A stretch of DNA of 64,000 bases, taken from positions 496,001-560,000 of the forward strand of contig JAYWIR010000010.1 of the NCBI GenBank assembly GCA_036172245.1. Direction: 5' to 3'. The translations under genes and the position numbers were made by a program. This document shows positions 1 to 13,086 of the stretch, piece by piece (the first letter of the stretch is position 1; each line of letters opens with the position of its first letter). The notes beneath the pieces were generated by a model, which worked only from the letters and a program-made list of their open reading frames with translations, was not told the origin of the DNA and did no database searches. The stretch comes from Raillietiella orientalis (lineage: Eukaryota).

Positions 1-93
1 GTGAGAGTCCTCAAAGTGGTTGTCAGGGCGAAATGCTCGAAAGGGCAAAAAGTATTTCGTATTCCGGGAGAAAGACTTTGGATGAGTGGCGCG

Positions 94-320
94 GTCACGT
101 GACTTAATGGATAATCAATGCAAACAGCTCCTCATTTGCCCGGCGTCTAGAAATTTCCGACTTTACCCGTGGAGAAGGGATCGCGACGCAGTTCGGCGAC
201 GCGCGCGCGTGCGCGGCGCGTGCGGGCGGGTGGCGCGTTCCCAGGGCGCCGTGGGGGCTACGCGCATCACGGACGGGGGAGGGGACGAACGCGCGCGATC
301 CGGGAATGCAAATGACGTCA
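94..320. promoter_or_regulatory. Cluster of transcription-factor motifs (enhancer/promoter-like island)
   Basis: Palindromic E-box GTCACGTGAC at 94-103 followed by TAATGG; octamer ATGCAAAT (306-313) overlapping CRE TGACGTCA (313-320). Function is inferred from motif density only. Confidence 0.35.
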
Positions 321-429
321 GATCCTCCAGATCGATTATCAGCCGCGATCAATTCCGTTTGCCCCCAACGACTCCCCCCTCAAAAAGGCGAAGAGAAAGA
401 TGAAGAAGGCGGAGGAGCAGGCAGAGGAC

Positions 430-1330
430 CACCATGCCACCCATAGGATGCATGCAGAGCGAGCGCGCACGGATCTTCCGCTTTGCTCGGCTCGCACTGC
501 TCTGGCAGCCCAAGGAGGGGGAGCAGGGAACAGCAGCTCCGTGCACCGAAAGAGTCCCCCTAACTCTGCGCCCGGGCCGGCATCCAAGGAACTCACAGGG
601 GGTGACCGCCGGTGCGGCTCGGAGCGGTTCGCTGCTGAGGGCAAGAAGGACGATTCACGCTGTGCGTCTCGAGCTGGTCCCCAGGGCATCTCTGCGTGGA
701 GGGGGAAGGGGGAAGACTCTGGCCGCAAGCAAAGAGAGCGACACCCAGCGGAACTTGGTGGAATCAGCGATCGCAGTGACCTTCGAGTCGGCTGACCAGA
801 GACGCAGCATCTGAACTAAGGAGGGGGGTGGCTGGATCTACCGACCGATGCCACGGACAAGATGCAGGCGCCCTGCGGAAGTCGGATGCTAGACCAGGTG
901 GCGCTACTGCATCTTCCCCTCTCACTTTGCTTTTCCTCAGGTGCAGAACCGCGACCGCTCCAGGGGCAACCGAAAGAAGGAGCGTTGCATCCACCTCTGC
1001 GGATTTGGAAAGCAGAGGGTTGCCCCGGCCCCGTAGATGCGTGGAGACGGTCGTTCTGGAGGACCTGCCCGCACTCGTCGCAGAGCGAGGGTCCCGCTGG
1101 AGGCCGCGAGGGCCCGCGCGCAATCCTTGGACCAACGAAGAACCCGAGTGCTCTTTAGGAACACGCCGCTTCACCTTTCAGTGCGCTCATCACCATGGCG
1201 CTTCCACGCATGGCGGCGGAGTCGCTCACGGAAAATCGCCAGGCAAATCAGGAACGAGGAGTTCACCGCCGGGGGGAACGAACATCTTCCGACCTGCCAG
1301 TAGCTGACTTCCACAAGAAGAAGAAAATGA
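430..1330 (+). mobile_element. Decayed 3' part of an RNase H-containing LINE (I-group-like)
   Basis: Across a frameshift near 660-720 it reads VRLELV..PGHLCVEGE, like the RNase H motif WVPGHxGxxGNE. Near 1040-1090 it reads CVETVVLEDLPALVAER, like the C-terminal ETxxHxLxxCPALxxxR motif. A short (AAG)n tract near 1315 may be a tail. Confidence 0.4.
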
Positions 1331-1839
1331 CCTGCGGTGCATCAGGAGGACTCGCCAGTCGCACGGGGTGTCCATGGAAACGACACGTCAAAAGGGCACC
1401 GAGCAACCAGCTCAGGGCTCGAAGACAGGGAGTCCTTTCCACGCCCCTTCACGGAACTGCAACCACCGGAGAGGGGCGCAGGGTCGGAATGCAGTGAGGG
1501 AGATGCTGGTGGTGACTCTGAAGATTGCAAAATGTCCACTTCCCAAAGAAGGGCGACGAACTGACCAGCGCGAGCAGCAGCAGCCGGCGCAGCGCGCCTT
1601 CCCGGGCCTCCGAACGACGAGAGCCCCTTCCCCCTCCACCCCCACCCCACTGCGTTCGCGCGGCGAGCTTACTTCGACGGAGACTGGGGGCTGCTGGGTG
1701 ATAGGGCGAGGGGATGTGTCGCATGGAAGCAGTCATCCTAAGAGGTCATCCCCCCTGCGAAGCCACCCTGTTTGAACCTGAGGGTGCAAGATCGAGGGAG
1801 ACGCTGAACTGCTCCAAGAGAGCAGGCAGGGGTTACCCA

Positions 1840-1872
1840 TATATCCTGCGCGCGGGTTCGAATCCCAACCGG
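1840..1872 (+). mobile_element. tRNA-derived SINE head remnant (B box)
   Basis: CTGCGCGCGGGTTCGAATCCC contains a canonical Pol III B box / T-loop; no full cloverleaf can be folded. Confidence 0.35.
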
Positions 1873-2613
1873 GGGAAGGACTGATGCCGAGCAGTGGAGG
1901 GCGTGTCGCACACCCTCCTGCAGGAGGACGCTGATTGACCTTCGGGTGAGACACTGGTGGAAATCGGAAACTCTCGGACACCTCCGCTTCCTTTGGCCCT
2001 CCAGGGTCCCTTCCAGGAATCAAGGAGTCCTGCGGGGTTCCTACCCTTCCCGGTTGTGAAGATGGAGCTTCTCCCCCCTGAGGGGACCCTCCATCTTCTA
2101 CCATGAAGCTGGTTGGTTGATATCTCTCCAGAGGGCAGGAAGAACGCTGCTCTCTTACGAGAAATCGGGAAGCATCCGTTCGGGATTCTCCTCAGAGGAG
2201 GCAACCAGAAGCGGATCCTTTCCAGGGGTACCTTCGGAAAGAACGAGGAAAAGGTTCCCTACCAAGCTTAAGAGCAATGGCCTCACCATTCCGGAGCCCT
2301 TCCAAAATGGGGGGTCCTAGGGTGGTCCCCTCTCAAGATATCCCCTGACTTGAAAAGTGAATTCGGGCCGAACGAAGGCGCCCAGACGCCCCAAGCAGCA
2401 AGAGGTCCCCTTGAAAAGGGAGGTGGCGCTCCTTTCTTAGCTCGAGGATGCGTCAGCTGCGACTGCTCTCGTGGCCAAGCCACCTCAGGGCAACGTCAGA
2501 CAGACAAGAACAGCAGCAACGGCAACAACAGCCCGGACCAGAAATTCGACCCAGGTCTTGCAAAAGACATCGGCAGGCCTCCCGTGCAATCCGCGCGTAC
2601 GTACGGCCTTCGG

Positions 2614-2870
2614 AAGATGAGTCAACGACACGGTGATGAGCTGGCGACATGATGACCAGCTAAAGACACCAAGATGAGTCGAACAGAACGACACGACGAT
2701 CGCCCACCGACGCAGAGATCAGTCGACGTTACGATGGTCGGCCAACGACCGGGCGATGAGCCGAAGACGAGGCAACGACGTGGAGATCAGCCGACTCTAC
2801 GACGGTCAGGCAGCGGCACAGCGATGTGACGAAAACACAGAGATGACCCGATGCGATGATGAGCCAGAGA
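2614..2870. repeat. Degenerate tandem repeat (minisatellite-like)
   Basis: Recurring AGATSAGYCRA-like motifs at about 2614, 2671, 2715, 2783 and 2840. The units at about 2706-2770 and 2773-2840 align along their length (period about 68 bp). Confidence 0.5.
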
Positions 2871-5800
2871 CGCGACCTGCCTGAGCAATACCTGCCTGCT
2901 GTTGCTTCGTCAGTACATTCCCAGGCTCCGACCGCTGCCCCTGGCGCGTTCTTGAGGCGCGGATGGATGCGCTGCTCTCGCGAGGGCGAACGCACGCGCA
3001 TCCGAGCGGCAGCGCCAGCACGACTCCATAGGAAGGTGGGGTTCCTCCCCTACCCCCTGGCGGGTACGACCCGGACCCCATGCGAACCTGAGAACTTGAA
3101 GGCCCGGGCGTGGCGAGTACCAGGGGCGGATGAGGGTGCTCGACCTGCGAGGACCCCTGATCGCAAAGATCTCCGAGGATCCCTCTGCGATACCGTGCGG
3201 GGGTGTCTTCCTCGATCATTCCAGCAAACGGATCTTCCCTTCCGCAAGTCGCATCTCCGGCGCAGGGATGTCACTCGTCGTCATCGCTACAAACGCCGTT
3301 TACGTTTTTCAAAATACAAACAAACAAACAAAATTCGCAGCAGCTGCCGCCACATGGCAGAATCCATGTCTTCTCACTCAGAAGAGATCCTGCGGCAGTA
3401 GAAGGATTCCAGGAGCCAAATGCGACTCCCAGCGGTGCTCCGACTTCACTCGGAAGGCGTGGAGGAAAGAATGACCGGTCAGGAAGCGATTAGGCAAGCC
3501 CTCCGGCACTCGAACCGCCTGAGATCGAACACGGCGTGTTCGGCAGAAGGCGTTGCCCGATGCTCCAAGCAGAGCCGCGGTCGCACCACGGAAGGGGCGC
3601 GCCACGCGAAGACGCGAGGCGAAGCGCCTTTAGGGTGGACAGAGACCTGCAGGCATATTCTCGCTCCTCAAAGATCGCAGTGACCGGCAATCATCTTCCT
3701 GTATCCGGACACAGTGGGTGACCTCCAGCGCGAAGACACCGCTCCTTGCTTGACTTCCCAGCGGCGGCCGCCTTCGCTCTTGGCCCAGGGAGCAACGCCA
3801 CTGCACCCGACCTGCTCTGTGTGGCCATCGGGGTCGACATGCCCGCCAGCACAGGAAGAGTCACCAAGGCAGAAAACAGTGGACGGAACCTGGACGCCTG
3901 CATGCAGCATCCCTGAGGAACAGCGGCAGCCGGCGTCGAAGGGTCGCCAGCTCAGCGGCTCCGAACAGCGGTCGCCCGACTCCCTTCGCTGTGGCAGAGC
4001 CGCCACCGCCTTCCGGGCCGCGCCACGACGGGCAGGGTGGCGCGCACAGGGCAGGTGCCCGCCACGTCCGCCCGCGTCCCTGCATCCCGGAAGCGCGGCG
4101 CAAGGAGGGGGCCGCGGCTGCGGGAGGTTCACGAAGTTCCCGTGCCGCCTGTGTTGACGGGGGGTCCTGCGGGGACCGCGCACCCGCGCGGCATCGGGTG
4201 TGCCCTCTCCTCCCTCCCTCTCTTTCCGTCTCCCTGCCCGTCGTCCTCCGCGTGCCCTCTCGACGCTCCGCCCACCAACCATCCCCCTCCTCTCCGGAGC
4301 TCTCCGTCCTCGGAGGAGGCAGCCCTCTGGCGGCCCTCCTCGCGCGGTCCCGGGGCCCCTGCGGGGCGGCAGAGCAAGACTCAGAAGCCCCTGCTTGTGA
4401 GGGTAACCCCCCACCCCCTGTTGGCCTGGGTCACGTCGTCGTCGCTGCGTCGTGAACTCGCCTGCCGTCCCGAGGTCGCGACGGTCGCCACCGTGGCGCG
4501 CTCGTCGAGGCGGCGGAAGCGTCCCCCAGGTCGATCCCTCCTCCCTCTTCGGGAAGATCCGCAGGCGCGGGGTCGTCTCGCTCCCCGGTTTTCTAGGAAG
4601 AGGCCGCCGCTTTCCGTGCCTACCCGGAGGCAGGCGCCTCCGTGGCAACGCGGCCGGGCTTCGTCGCAGCTTCCGCCGCAGCCGCTCGCTCTTCTTCTTC
4701 TTCTTCTTCTTCCGTTTGCCGCCGCTTCCTTGCCCCGAGGGCCCCAGCGCCGCCGCCCTCGTTCATGGACCTCGTTCGGGCCTGATGTCACGGTGGCTGC
4801 CGCCGCGCAGCCTGCGGCCTCCGGAGGTCACGGGGCGCGCCCCCGGGGCCGGACACCAACCGGAAGGCAGTTCCTCGAGAGGGTGCGTTGCCTCCAGCAT
4901 CCGGCGACCTTTCTGCCCTGAAGGGAGAGAAGACGACTGGAGGCATTGAGCGCAGCGACCGACGCCGCAGCATCCGCGTGGGAGGACTGGACCGTTCGCG
5001 CATCTTTCGAGACGGCACCGCAAAGAGGAACTGGGAGCCCCCTCCCTCGTCCTCCTCTCCCAGAACGGCGCCTCCCTGTTGGTTGGGCCGCCCACAAGTT
5101 GATGAGTTCTGCTTCCTGAGGGCGCTTCCTCCTGCGGAACCGTCGCGGGAGGCTCCCCTCGCCAGGGATCACGCGCGACCGGCGTCCACTTCCGGGTGCT
5201 CGGTAAGCGGAGACTGTGCCCCCGTCCCCTCTGTCCTTTCTTTCCGATGAGTGGGTCGGAACACCCGGGGGGCACGAGCGCTGTGGTGCGCTCGTAAACG
5301 CCGGGTCCTCCCCTCCAGGGTTCTCAGGGCACTCAGCGCAGAGTTCGCGCAAGCGAGGATCCAAGGGACGCGGCGGTCGTTCCCTCTTCCCCTTGGTCGA
5401 CGGGAGGCTTCCGACCCCCCTCCCTCCCCTCGCTTCCTTGCGGGTCCTCGTGCCCATATCGACGCCACGCAAGGGAAGAGGGAAGCTCGACGAGCGGAGA
5501 GAGGACTTGGTAAGGAGAAGGAGAGGAAGTGGGGTTTTGTGAAGGTAGGGGTGTAAGGAACGGAAAGTGGAATACCCCATTGCTCGTCCTCCGAGGGCAA
5601 GGGGGGGGAGTGCGAACTCTTCCGAGCGGCGAACCTGCGAAGATGACGCCGCCGGCCGACCGCAGAGCCGCGAGCGGCCTGAGCCGAAGTGCGGGGACGA
5701 CCTCGGAGGCAGTGCGTGCGTCTCCCTGGGCCGTCCTCTCGGCTCGGAAGCCTCAGACAGGGGAGAGACATAGAGAGAAGGGACCTCCTCCCCTCTCTTT

Positions 5801-6149
5801 CCCCCTCCCACGCAGGGACCCCCCAGGAATTCCCTCCTGGGGAGGAAAGTGTCCAGGGGACATTGCTGGCATCCGTAGTTCCCCTCCTTGTGTTGACCTT
5901 CCCCCGGATGCCGGCCTGCCCACGAAGGGGAGGCAGCAGCATGCGGAGGAAGGTGCACCGAGCTGCTGCAGGGGCCTGGCGGTCACCCGGCGAGGCAGGC
6001 GAGGGATGACTTCTCGCTCTTTCCTGTCGGAGGGGGAGCTGCAGTCCGCCTGGGGATCGCGGTCTGACAGCCGTACGGCAGGGTTGCCAACTCCCCTCAA
6101 GCTTCCTTCCTTCGGTTGTCCCAGGGCGGCGGATCAGGGGCGAGCGACT

Positions 6150-6520
6150 TCCTCCTTCCAGGGGCAGGACGAAGGCGCACGCCTCCCACGCCATGGACTG
6201 CTTCACCACAGCCCGTCGTCCCCAATTGAGGCAGCGGATCGAGTCGGGCGCCATCGACAGGGGTCGCTCATGCAGACCGTCGCCGCTGCCGTCAGAGGTA
6301 GCGTCCCGTCGCCCCGTTGACCCTGCGTGGAGTCTCTGACGACGGCGTGGCCGAAGTGCGTAAGTGCGCCCGCCGCCCCTTTACACGCATTGGGCCAGGA
6401 GGAGGGGGGGATGAGGTCATCTGGAGCGACGAGCTTGAGACAGAGCACGCGCCTCCCGGGAAGCTCCGGGGACCCTCAGCCCGATCTCCCAGGATCGCCT
6501 GCTCCAAGCAGAGACGAGGT
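6150..6520 (-). mobile_element. Decayed LINE reverse transcriptase, N-terminal region
   Basis: Minus-strand frames give RAEGPRSFPG ... LKLVAP ... IPPSSWPNAC, matching the pre-RT pattern KAPGPDxIxxxxLK ... PxxWKxA, broken by frameshifts. Confidence 0.35.
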
Positions 6521-6987
6521 CCGGAAGGAGGCACACACAGGCGCCGCCACTGCGCGCCTTCTTTAGCGTGGAGGGGTGAGGCACCCTGGTCGCTGGAGGA
6601 CGCTAGTCACGAGAATCACCAGGGTGAGGACCAACGCGGCAGGAAGAAGGGGAAGGGGAAGAGTGGAGAAATCCCTTCGCCTGGGCTCCCTGCCAGAGGG
6701 CACAAATCAACGGTTGTGTGCTAGAGCGCGCACGGAACCCTCCATGGACCCCAAGTCCAGCAGGGCTTCCATGTCTCGATAACAGGCAGAAGAAGCACAG
6801 TCCGCTCCCCCCTCCTCCCGAGATGGGGAAGCAACAGGTGCCACAGCCGATGTCCCTTTTCTTGCAGTGGCTTGGCCCATGGGTGACAGCTCGAAAATGC
6901 TCCTCCTTCCAAAAGGAGAAAAGACACGCGTCCTCCTTCCTCACTTGTCAGCCTCGGTTTCTCCTCCTCTCTCTCTCCCTGCTCATC

Positions 6988-7020
6988 TCGCTTCTCGGCC
7001 TTTTGGCTAAGATCAAAGTG
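6988..7020 (+). pseudogene. U2: 3'-truncated U2 snRNA copy (about nt 2-34)
   Basis: TCGCTTCTCGGCCTTTTGGCTAAGATCAAAGTG matches the U2 5' end. It stops within the branch-point recognition sequence GUAGUA and is embedded in a pyrimidine tract. Confidence 0.9.
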
Positions 7021-7029
7021 GGAGGGGAT

Positions 7030-7195
7030 TCCTTCCCCTCCCTGATTCCTCCGTTCCTCCTCTTCCTCTTTCTTCCTTGTTCCTTTCTTCCTCCTCCTCT
7101 TCTTCCCTTCCTTGCTTCCTCCACCACCTCCTCGCTTCCTCCTCCTCTTCCTCTTCACTTCCATTTCCTCCTCCTCCTCCTCCTTGCCTTTGCTC
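7030..7195 (+). repeat. Polypyrimidine (CCT/CTT) low-complexity tract
   Basis: Nearly pure C/T on the + strand. Confidence 0.9.
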
Positions 7196-8051
7196 TCGTT
7201 CCTCATGCGGTTACTCCGGGCGATTTAATATTTAGATTACATTTTCATATTTTCACGAGATGCGAGCAGATGCTGGGGAAGAAAGTCGTTTCGAGGGCAT
7301 TGCTCTTCGCCGTAACTTTTCGTCTCCGTCGGATCGTGCGCAGCTTTCTTTTGGGAGGAGGGACTTCGTTTGGACCCTGGATGGCGTGAAGATGTTTTGT
7401 ATCGAATTTTATCGCTGCTTTTCTTCCTTTCCTTTTTTTCCTCTCCGCCTCTCTTCCTCTCTCCGTAGGCAACAATTTCGCGGCCCCAGGCCCGCTCCCT
7501 CCTGCTCGCGCGCGCGCAGCCCCGTGGGTGACGAGGCATTCCGCCATCATCGGAATATTCACCTTGGGAAACGCGTAATTGCGCGGAGGAGGAGGAATTC
7601 TTTCTCCCTCCCCCGCTCTCCACTTCCTCGCCCCGAAAGTCGGGCTGCGCCTGCGCGGTGCCGCTGCCTCCGCGCGCAGTGCTGGCTCGGACGCGCCGTC
7701 CCCTCAGAGCGGCGGATTGAGTGGGGGGAGGGGAAAGGGACCCTTTCGCGGAGGCTGCTCCTGTCCACGGGGGGACCTTCTCCTGCTGCCTTGTCCGTGG
7801 CCATCGCACCAGGGAGTGGCGGGGGTGGGTGGATGGGCGAGAATTCTCCAGCAACGGGTTGCGTCGCATCTCCTGGGAAGAGGACCTCACCCCAGGAGGC
7901 AGCGGGAGCAGTCCCAACGCCCTGTTCCTCTCGTGGAGCATCTCGAGTCCGGACCACCGTCTGGCCGGTCGAACGGCAGCGAATGCCTGGGGAGCACCGG
8001 TAGAGAAGGTCGTGCACGCAGAGGTCAATGCCTTCCTTGTGAATTCCTCGC

Positions 8052-8102
8052 AAAAAATAAATAAATAAAACCAAAGTCAGAAATAAATAAATAAAATAAA
8101 AT
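8052..8102 (+). repeat. (TAAA)n A-rich tract, possible retroelement tail
   Basis: Two AAATAAATAAATAAAA-type runs separated by ccaaagtcag in otherwise GC-rich DNA. Confidence 0.6.
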
Positions 8103-9149
8103 TGCCCTTTCCACTCTCCCTCCCTCCCAAGTAAACGACCTCCGACGAGACTGGGCGTGGAGGATGCGCCCACGGCGTCTCCCGAAAGGCGAAGATGCTG
8201 CCGGAGGACGCCGACCCCCGCTCTTCGCCGACCCTCTGGCGACGCTCTCCGCCCCTCTCGAGCCTGTGCGAGACCCTCGGGTTCCTGGAAGCATCCCGTT
8301 TGGACCCCAGCCGGCTTCACGCCGGCCGTACCCCATCGGACGCTGCCGTCGGGTCCTCGGTGCACGCGGCTTTTTCTCCCGAGGCGCCACATCCAGCTCG
8401 TGTAATGACGGATGGCGCTACCCCAAGAATGGCTCCCGCCTGATGGGAGCCGTCGGCTGATGCTCCACACCGCGCACTCCTGTTTTGGTCACAGCAGCTG
8501 CTTTTATAGACCCGATCTCTTGCGCATCTCGTGATGGATGGCTCAAGGTGAGAGCGCGAGTTTCGCGTGCATCTGCATCCATCCGTCTGCATTGCGGGAG
8601 GGAAGAAGGGGAAGAGGAGCTTGATGACGTCATCTGAGTCTGCTAGGCGGTTTCTCCCTTCATTCAGCAGCTTCGTTCCGTAAAATACAATCCGAGGTGA
8701 CCACACGCGCCGCAGCAGCTCGTCTGATGGGCGATGCAGCAGCACGCAGCCTTCCGCAGGACGCGGGACCTTCCCTCAGGAAGTATGCGCGGTAATCCCT
8801 GTGCATCCTTCTGGAGGGGCCCGCCTCCAAGGGATCGCAGCGGGGCAACCCGAGCGGGCAGACGGAGGGCGCCTGGGGATGCGGCGGTCTCTCGTCCGAC
8901 GCGGTGGCCACGTCGAGGACGATCCCTGCGCCCCCGCGCGGTCCCTCCAGGACATGCCCACCCAGGTGTCCCTGCTCCTGCGTAACTGTCGATGGACCAG
9001 CTCCAGGATCCGCCTTTCGCTCCTGTGCCACGGAGATCGACCGGAACGCGCACGGAGGCTGCTCTCGTGGACCACGTCGGACCTCCATGGTCTCGGCGAA
9101 GCATCTCTTCTGCCGCCCGTGGAAACCGACACCCCGAGGGGTCCTCGCA

Positions 9150-9570
9150 GAGCCGATCCTGTCGAGCCAGACGTCCGTTTGTAGCCCTGACCTCAGCTCC
9201 ATGGAGGGCCGAGCCCTTCCAGATACCAGAAGTGAGAGAAATGCCATCTTGTCCCAAGGTACCTCCCTTTCACTCGTCCGAACCCGAGGAACCGCCTCCC
9301 GCCGAAGGTGAAACGCCCGAGGGAGGGAGTGGCTCGTTTTTCCTGGTGAAAATTTCCCTCTTCGACCTTCTCTGGGGAGTACCGCATGCGGCGGGGAGCC
9401 ACCTAAGGGGTCGCCCTTGTTCCCGTCCGGCTGCGCCACGCGGAGGAATGGGCGGAGCCATCGTGGGGACAGACCGCGAAGCCGGTCATCTTGTAGCATC
9501 TCTCCTTGGTTTCCCGTCCCAGAACACTGGGCTCCCGACAACGGGTCGAGGGAAATGCCAGCAGGCATCG
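9150..9570 (-). mobile_element. Decayed LINE reverse transcriptase (C-terminal/thumb region)
   Basis: ORF 9193..9402(-) reads MRYSPEKVEE..F....TFGGRRFL...GRYLGTRW, matching xxFSxEKT...F ... kYLG. Upstream PSVLG resembles QGSVLG. Confidence 0.55.
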
Positions 9571-10917
9571 GCTCCGCCCGTCCTGCATCCGCAGGGTATC
9601 CGAGATCGGCAAAGAGGCAGCCTTTTCAGGGGTGGGTCCTGTGAGGCCGCGGCTGGTGGATAAAAGTAGGGCACGCTGCCCCCCAGCCATGTAGTGCCTG
9701 CTATCCCGGGAAGTTCTGGAACCGTCCTTTGGCTTGCGCTCGCATTCCAGGAGGAGCCATGCTGGGCATCTTTGGCATCCGGCTCTGAGCTCCTGCGTGC
9801 CTTTCCGTTCTGCAGGAGAAGAAGCCGTTCGAGTGTGGCTGCCGGCTGCATCCTGGAGCGATGCTCCTCTCGTGACCCCGACCATTCTCCAGAAGCCACG
9901 CGGCACTCGCTTCTGCGGAGCCGGCCGCTCGACTTCACACGCCGCCCGCAGCACAGCCGGCTCCAACCCCTTTGTTCCGGCTGCGGTCCTTCCGCCATCT
10001 CTGTGGAGACACCTTGGAAGATTCTTCTGCTCCTCCTCTTCCCTTCTTCCTGCCATCACCGTTCGTTCCTCGTTCTCAGGATTCTTTCCCTTTCGGGAGG
10101 ACCGCCACTCCTGGCAGAGGAGAGTGATTTCATCCTCTCACAGCCTGGACCGCGGCTCTCCCCTTCCCGGCTACGCCGCGCGGAGCGATTGGTGTCATGG
10201 GCTGGAACAGAAAAGACGTCGTGTGCTGCTAACGGCGTCTGCTTGGGGCAGGGTGTCTGCGTCCTCCGGGGTGGCCCTTTGGATACCCTGGGGCTTGTTT
10301 GGGAAGGCTCCCTCGGAACTCGGAAAACGAGGAAGTGTTATCTAATCTTAGTTTCTCATCTGAGGATGTTTTTGCAGGTAGTGTGATTAGATTCGGGTTC
10401 ACGGAAGATTCCCCATCCAGGAAGAGTTTAGAGCCATCGCCTCCGTCGCGTAGGTACGTGATCGACGCTCTCCTGGACGCACGTAGCGCCCGCAGGAACG
10501 GAGGACGAAGAAGTGAAGTAAATGCCGGCAGCGAGCGAGTGATGTGGAAACACTTGACCAGCCTCGTCTCTTCCTCGCTGCTCCGCTCGAGCGCCCCTCG
10601 AAAAAGTGGAGTGGTGGCGCTTTCGCATCCAAGCTTGGATGAGGCGCCAAGCAGCTCGCCGCGTTCCAAGAGACATCTCTTGAAACCGTGCTCTTCCGCT
10701 GCAGCCCTGCAGGTTTTGAACGGGTCCAGACTTGCCTGAGGTACTTCACATGACCTCCGACACTTACGAAGACTCAGTTTCCGTTTGCGACGCGCAGCGA
10801 ATAGCACGCGATGCCAAGGGACTGCATCGAGAGTGGTCGACGGAAGTGGTCGTCCGGGAAAGCACGCACGAAGAACCGTTCGTTTGCTTCGTGCCATTTG
10901 ATTTGGTCCTAGGGAGA

Positions 10918-11166
10918 TCTCTCCTCTCCTTCTCCTCCCTCTCTCCTCTTCGTCCTCTTCCCCTCCTCCTTCTTCTATTTCCTTCCTTCTCCCCTCCACT
11001 CTTCTTTCTCCTCCCTCCTCCTTTCCTCCCTTCCTCCTCCTCGCCCCCTCCCTCTCCTCCTTCTCTTGTCTTCTTCCTCCTCCCTTCCTTCTTTTCTTCC
11101 TCCCTTCTTCCCACCTTTCCTCCTCCTCCTCTCTTCCTCTTCCTCCTCTCTCCTCCACCTCCTCCT
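10918..11166 (+). repeat. Polypyrimidine low-complexity tract
   Basis: About 250 bp of almost only C/T. Confidence 0.9.
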
Positions 11167-11629
11167 ATCTGGCAGCTGCCAAGGAGGGAGAGAGCAAGAT
11201 GGGAACTCCCCTGACCTCGCGGGTTGCCTGCCTGCGGCTCGTTTCCGATCTCTGAGGCCTCCGGATACGTTTCGCCTTTTGCCGAGGCCAGTTGCTCGGG
11301 AGCCAGTGGGCTCCACGGCGCGCATACCCTTCGCTTCCGCGGGAAGGAACTCGAGCGGCGGGGGACGCGCTTCCGCCTTCGAAGCGAGAGCCCCGAGCCG
11401 CGGGAGGTGACGTCTCGCAGAAGGTCGACCTCGATATCAGAATCAAAACGCAAACTTCCCTGCGCCTTCCGATCGCGCCTCGGCGCTCCGTGTTTGCCCA
11501 GGTGACTCATCCCCTCCGCGAAGACAAATGACCCGCGGAGGAACCTGCAACAAGTCCCTGATTGTTGCTTTCGGGAAGCACTGAAGGTGACGCGCGTTCC
11601 CTGTTTGGGTATCCCGGGTTTCCTTTCCG

Positions 11630-11760
11630 CCGGAGTCGTTTTTGGCCCCCTGACAAATGCCTGACAGACCCCAGGCACCTAATTATCGCGCGGGTCACAA
11701 GGCAACAATGCGTTCTGCCAAACGATGCCGCCATGTAGGTCTTCCGGGACTAAAACGGGA
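11630..11760 (-). mobile_element. Possible decayed LINE RT thumb fragment
   Basis: FSP.KTYMAASF ... IIRCLG across a frameshift resembles FSxEKT...F ... kYLG. Confidence 0.25.
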
Positions 11761-13086
11761 TGCGCCTCACCCGTCCTGAGCGAGCGCGAACCTCCTGGAG
11801 CCTCCGCGGCCGGCCCGTCCGACGCTGCCGCGCCGGTGTTTTTCCGGGTCCCCCGGCATCCGGGAGCTGCCAGAAGGAACGACCTCGCCGTGGCGCTCGA
11901 GAGGCCAACGATCAATCCCTCCCCTACCCCCCATCCCCCTTGTTCCCGCCGGACCATCGCCGTTCCTCGGGGACTCCGAACCGTTTCCGCCGGAGGAGCG
12001 GCCATCCCCGCCAGCGGAGGGCGGAAGTGGTCGAGGCTTTCCGGGAATTTGGGTGGGCGGCGTCCGAAGACGCCCTCGGCGGCCCTACCGCTCGCGCGAG
12101 TACTCGGATCTCCCGGCGTGTCGTGCGGCGGACCGTCACCGCGAACGCGCTCCGCTCTCCGTGACGTCATTCCCTCGCGACACGGTTCTTCCCGTTCGCT
12201 ACTGCCGGGATCCCCGCCTCCCGGAGCGACTCGGGGGAGACAGCCCGGTCCGACCGCTCCGGGTTCAGGGGGCTATGCGGCGGCCTCGCGGTCACGTCCG
12301 CACCGGAGGACATCCGGTTGTTCTTGCATTTCCTGCCACCACCTCTCTGTGGGTGGAGGCGCCGCGCCCCTGCGTCACCTACGTCTGGGGACCAGCTGAC
12401 CCCCTTCCGCGATTCCCCACCCGGAGGGCGGGGAGAAGAAGCGAGGACGGTTTCCGAAGCGCCTTTCAGAGTCCCTGACTGCTCCTCGACCACGCCCGGA
12501 GGCACTCCGCGTCAGACCTCCATGGAAGGGTCATTCCCGGAGCCCCCCTTCATCGCCAACCCTCTTACCCATCGCGACCTGCCACCCTCCTCCAACTTAA
12601 CATCGGAGGGCAAGAAGGGCTTTTGCCCTCTGGCGCTCCAGTGCGGGGCCGGCTGACCCTCAGAAGAGAGGCGGCGCGCGCTCCCTGGAGGATCCCCGCC
12701 TCCTCGGTCGCCGCCCTCCCGTTGCCTATGGCACCGGCAACACCCCGAGGGGTCAGTCCTCGCAGCGCCGGTCCTGCCGGTCGCGGCGCCCCGATGTTCC
12801 TGGCTCTTCCAGCCACCGGAAGCGCGAGAAAGGGAGAACGCCATCTTGGCTCGAGGGGCCCCCATAGGACTCTTTTCGTCGACGAGCACCAGCTGCCCTG
12901 AGGGAGGCGCCGAAGGGCTGCCAAGCGGTGCGGCGCACCTCTTCTTCCGACCGCCCCTGCGCACGCCGGGGGCGCCTCGGGGGGGGGGGGGAAGGAGAGC
13001 ACGACCTTCCTCGGGCTTCGGCCCGGACCATCCAGCAGAGCAGACAAGCGGACGAGCGGAGTGAGCAGGGACCGCCGTCGATACCA

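Noticed and set aside
6337..6360. Hammerhead-like CTGACGA-CGGC-GTG-GCCG-AAG
   Set aside because: No GAAA core and no stems I/III; lies within a decayed RT.
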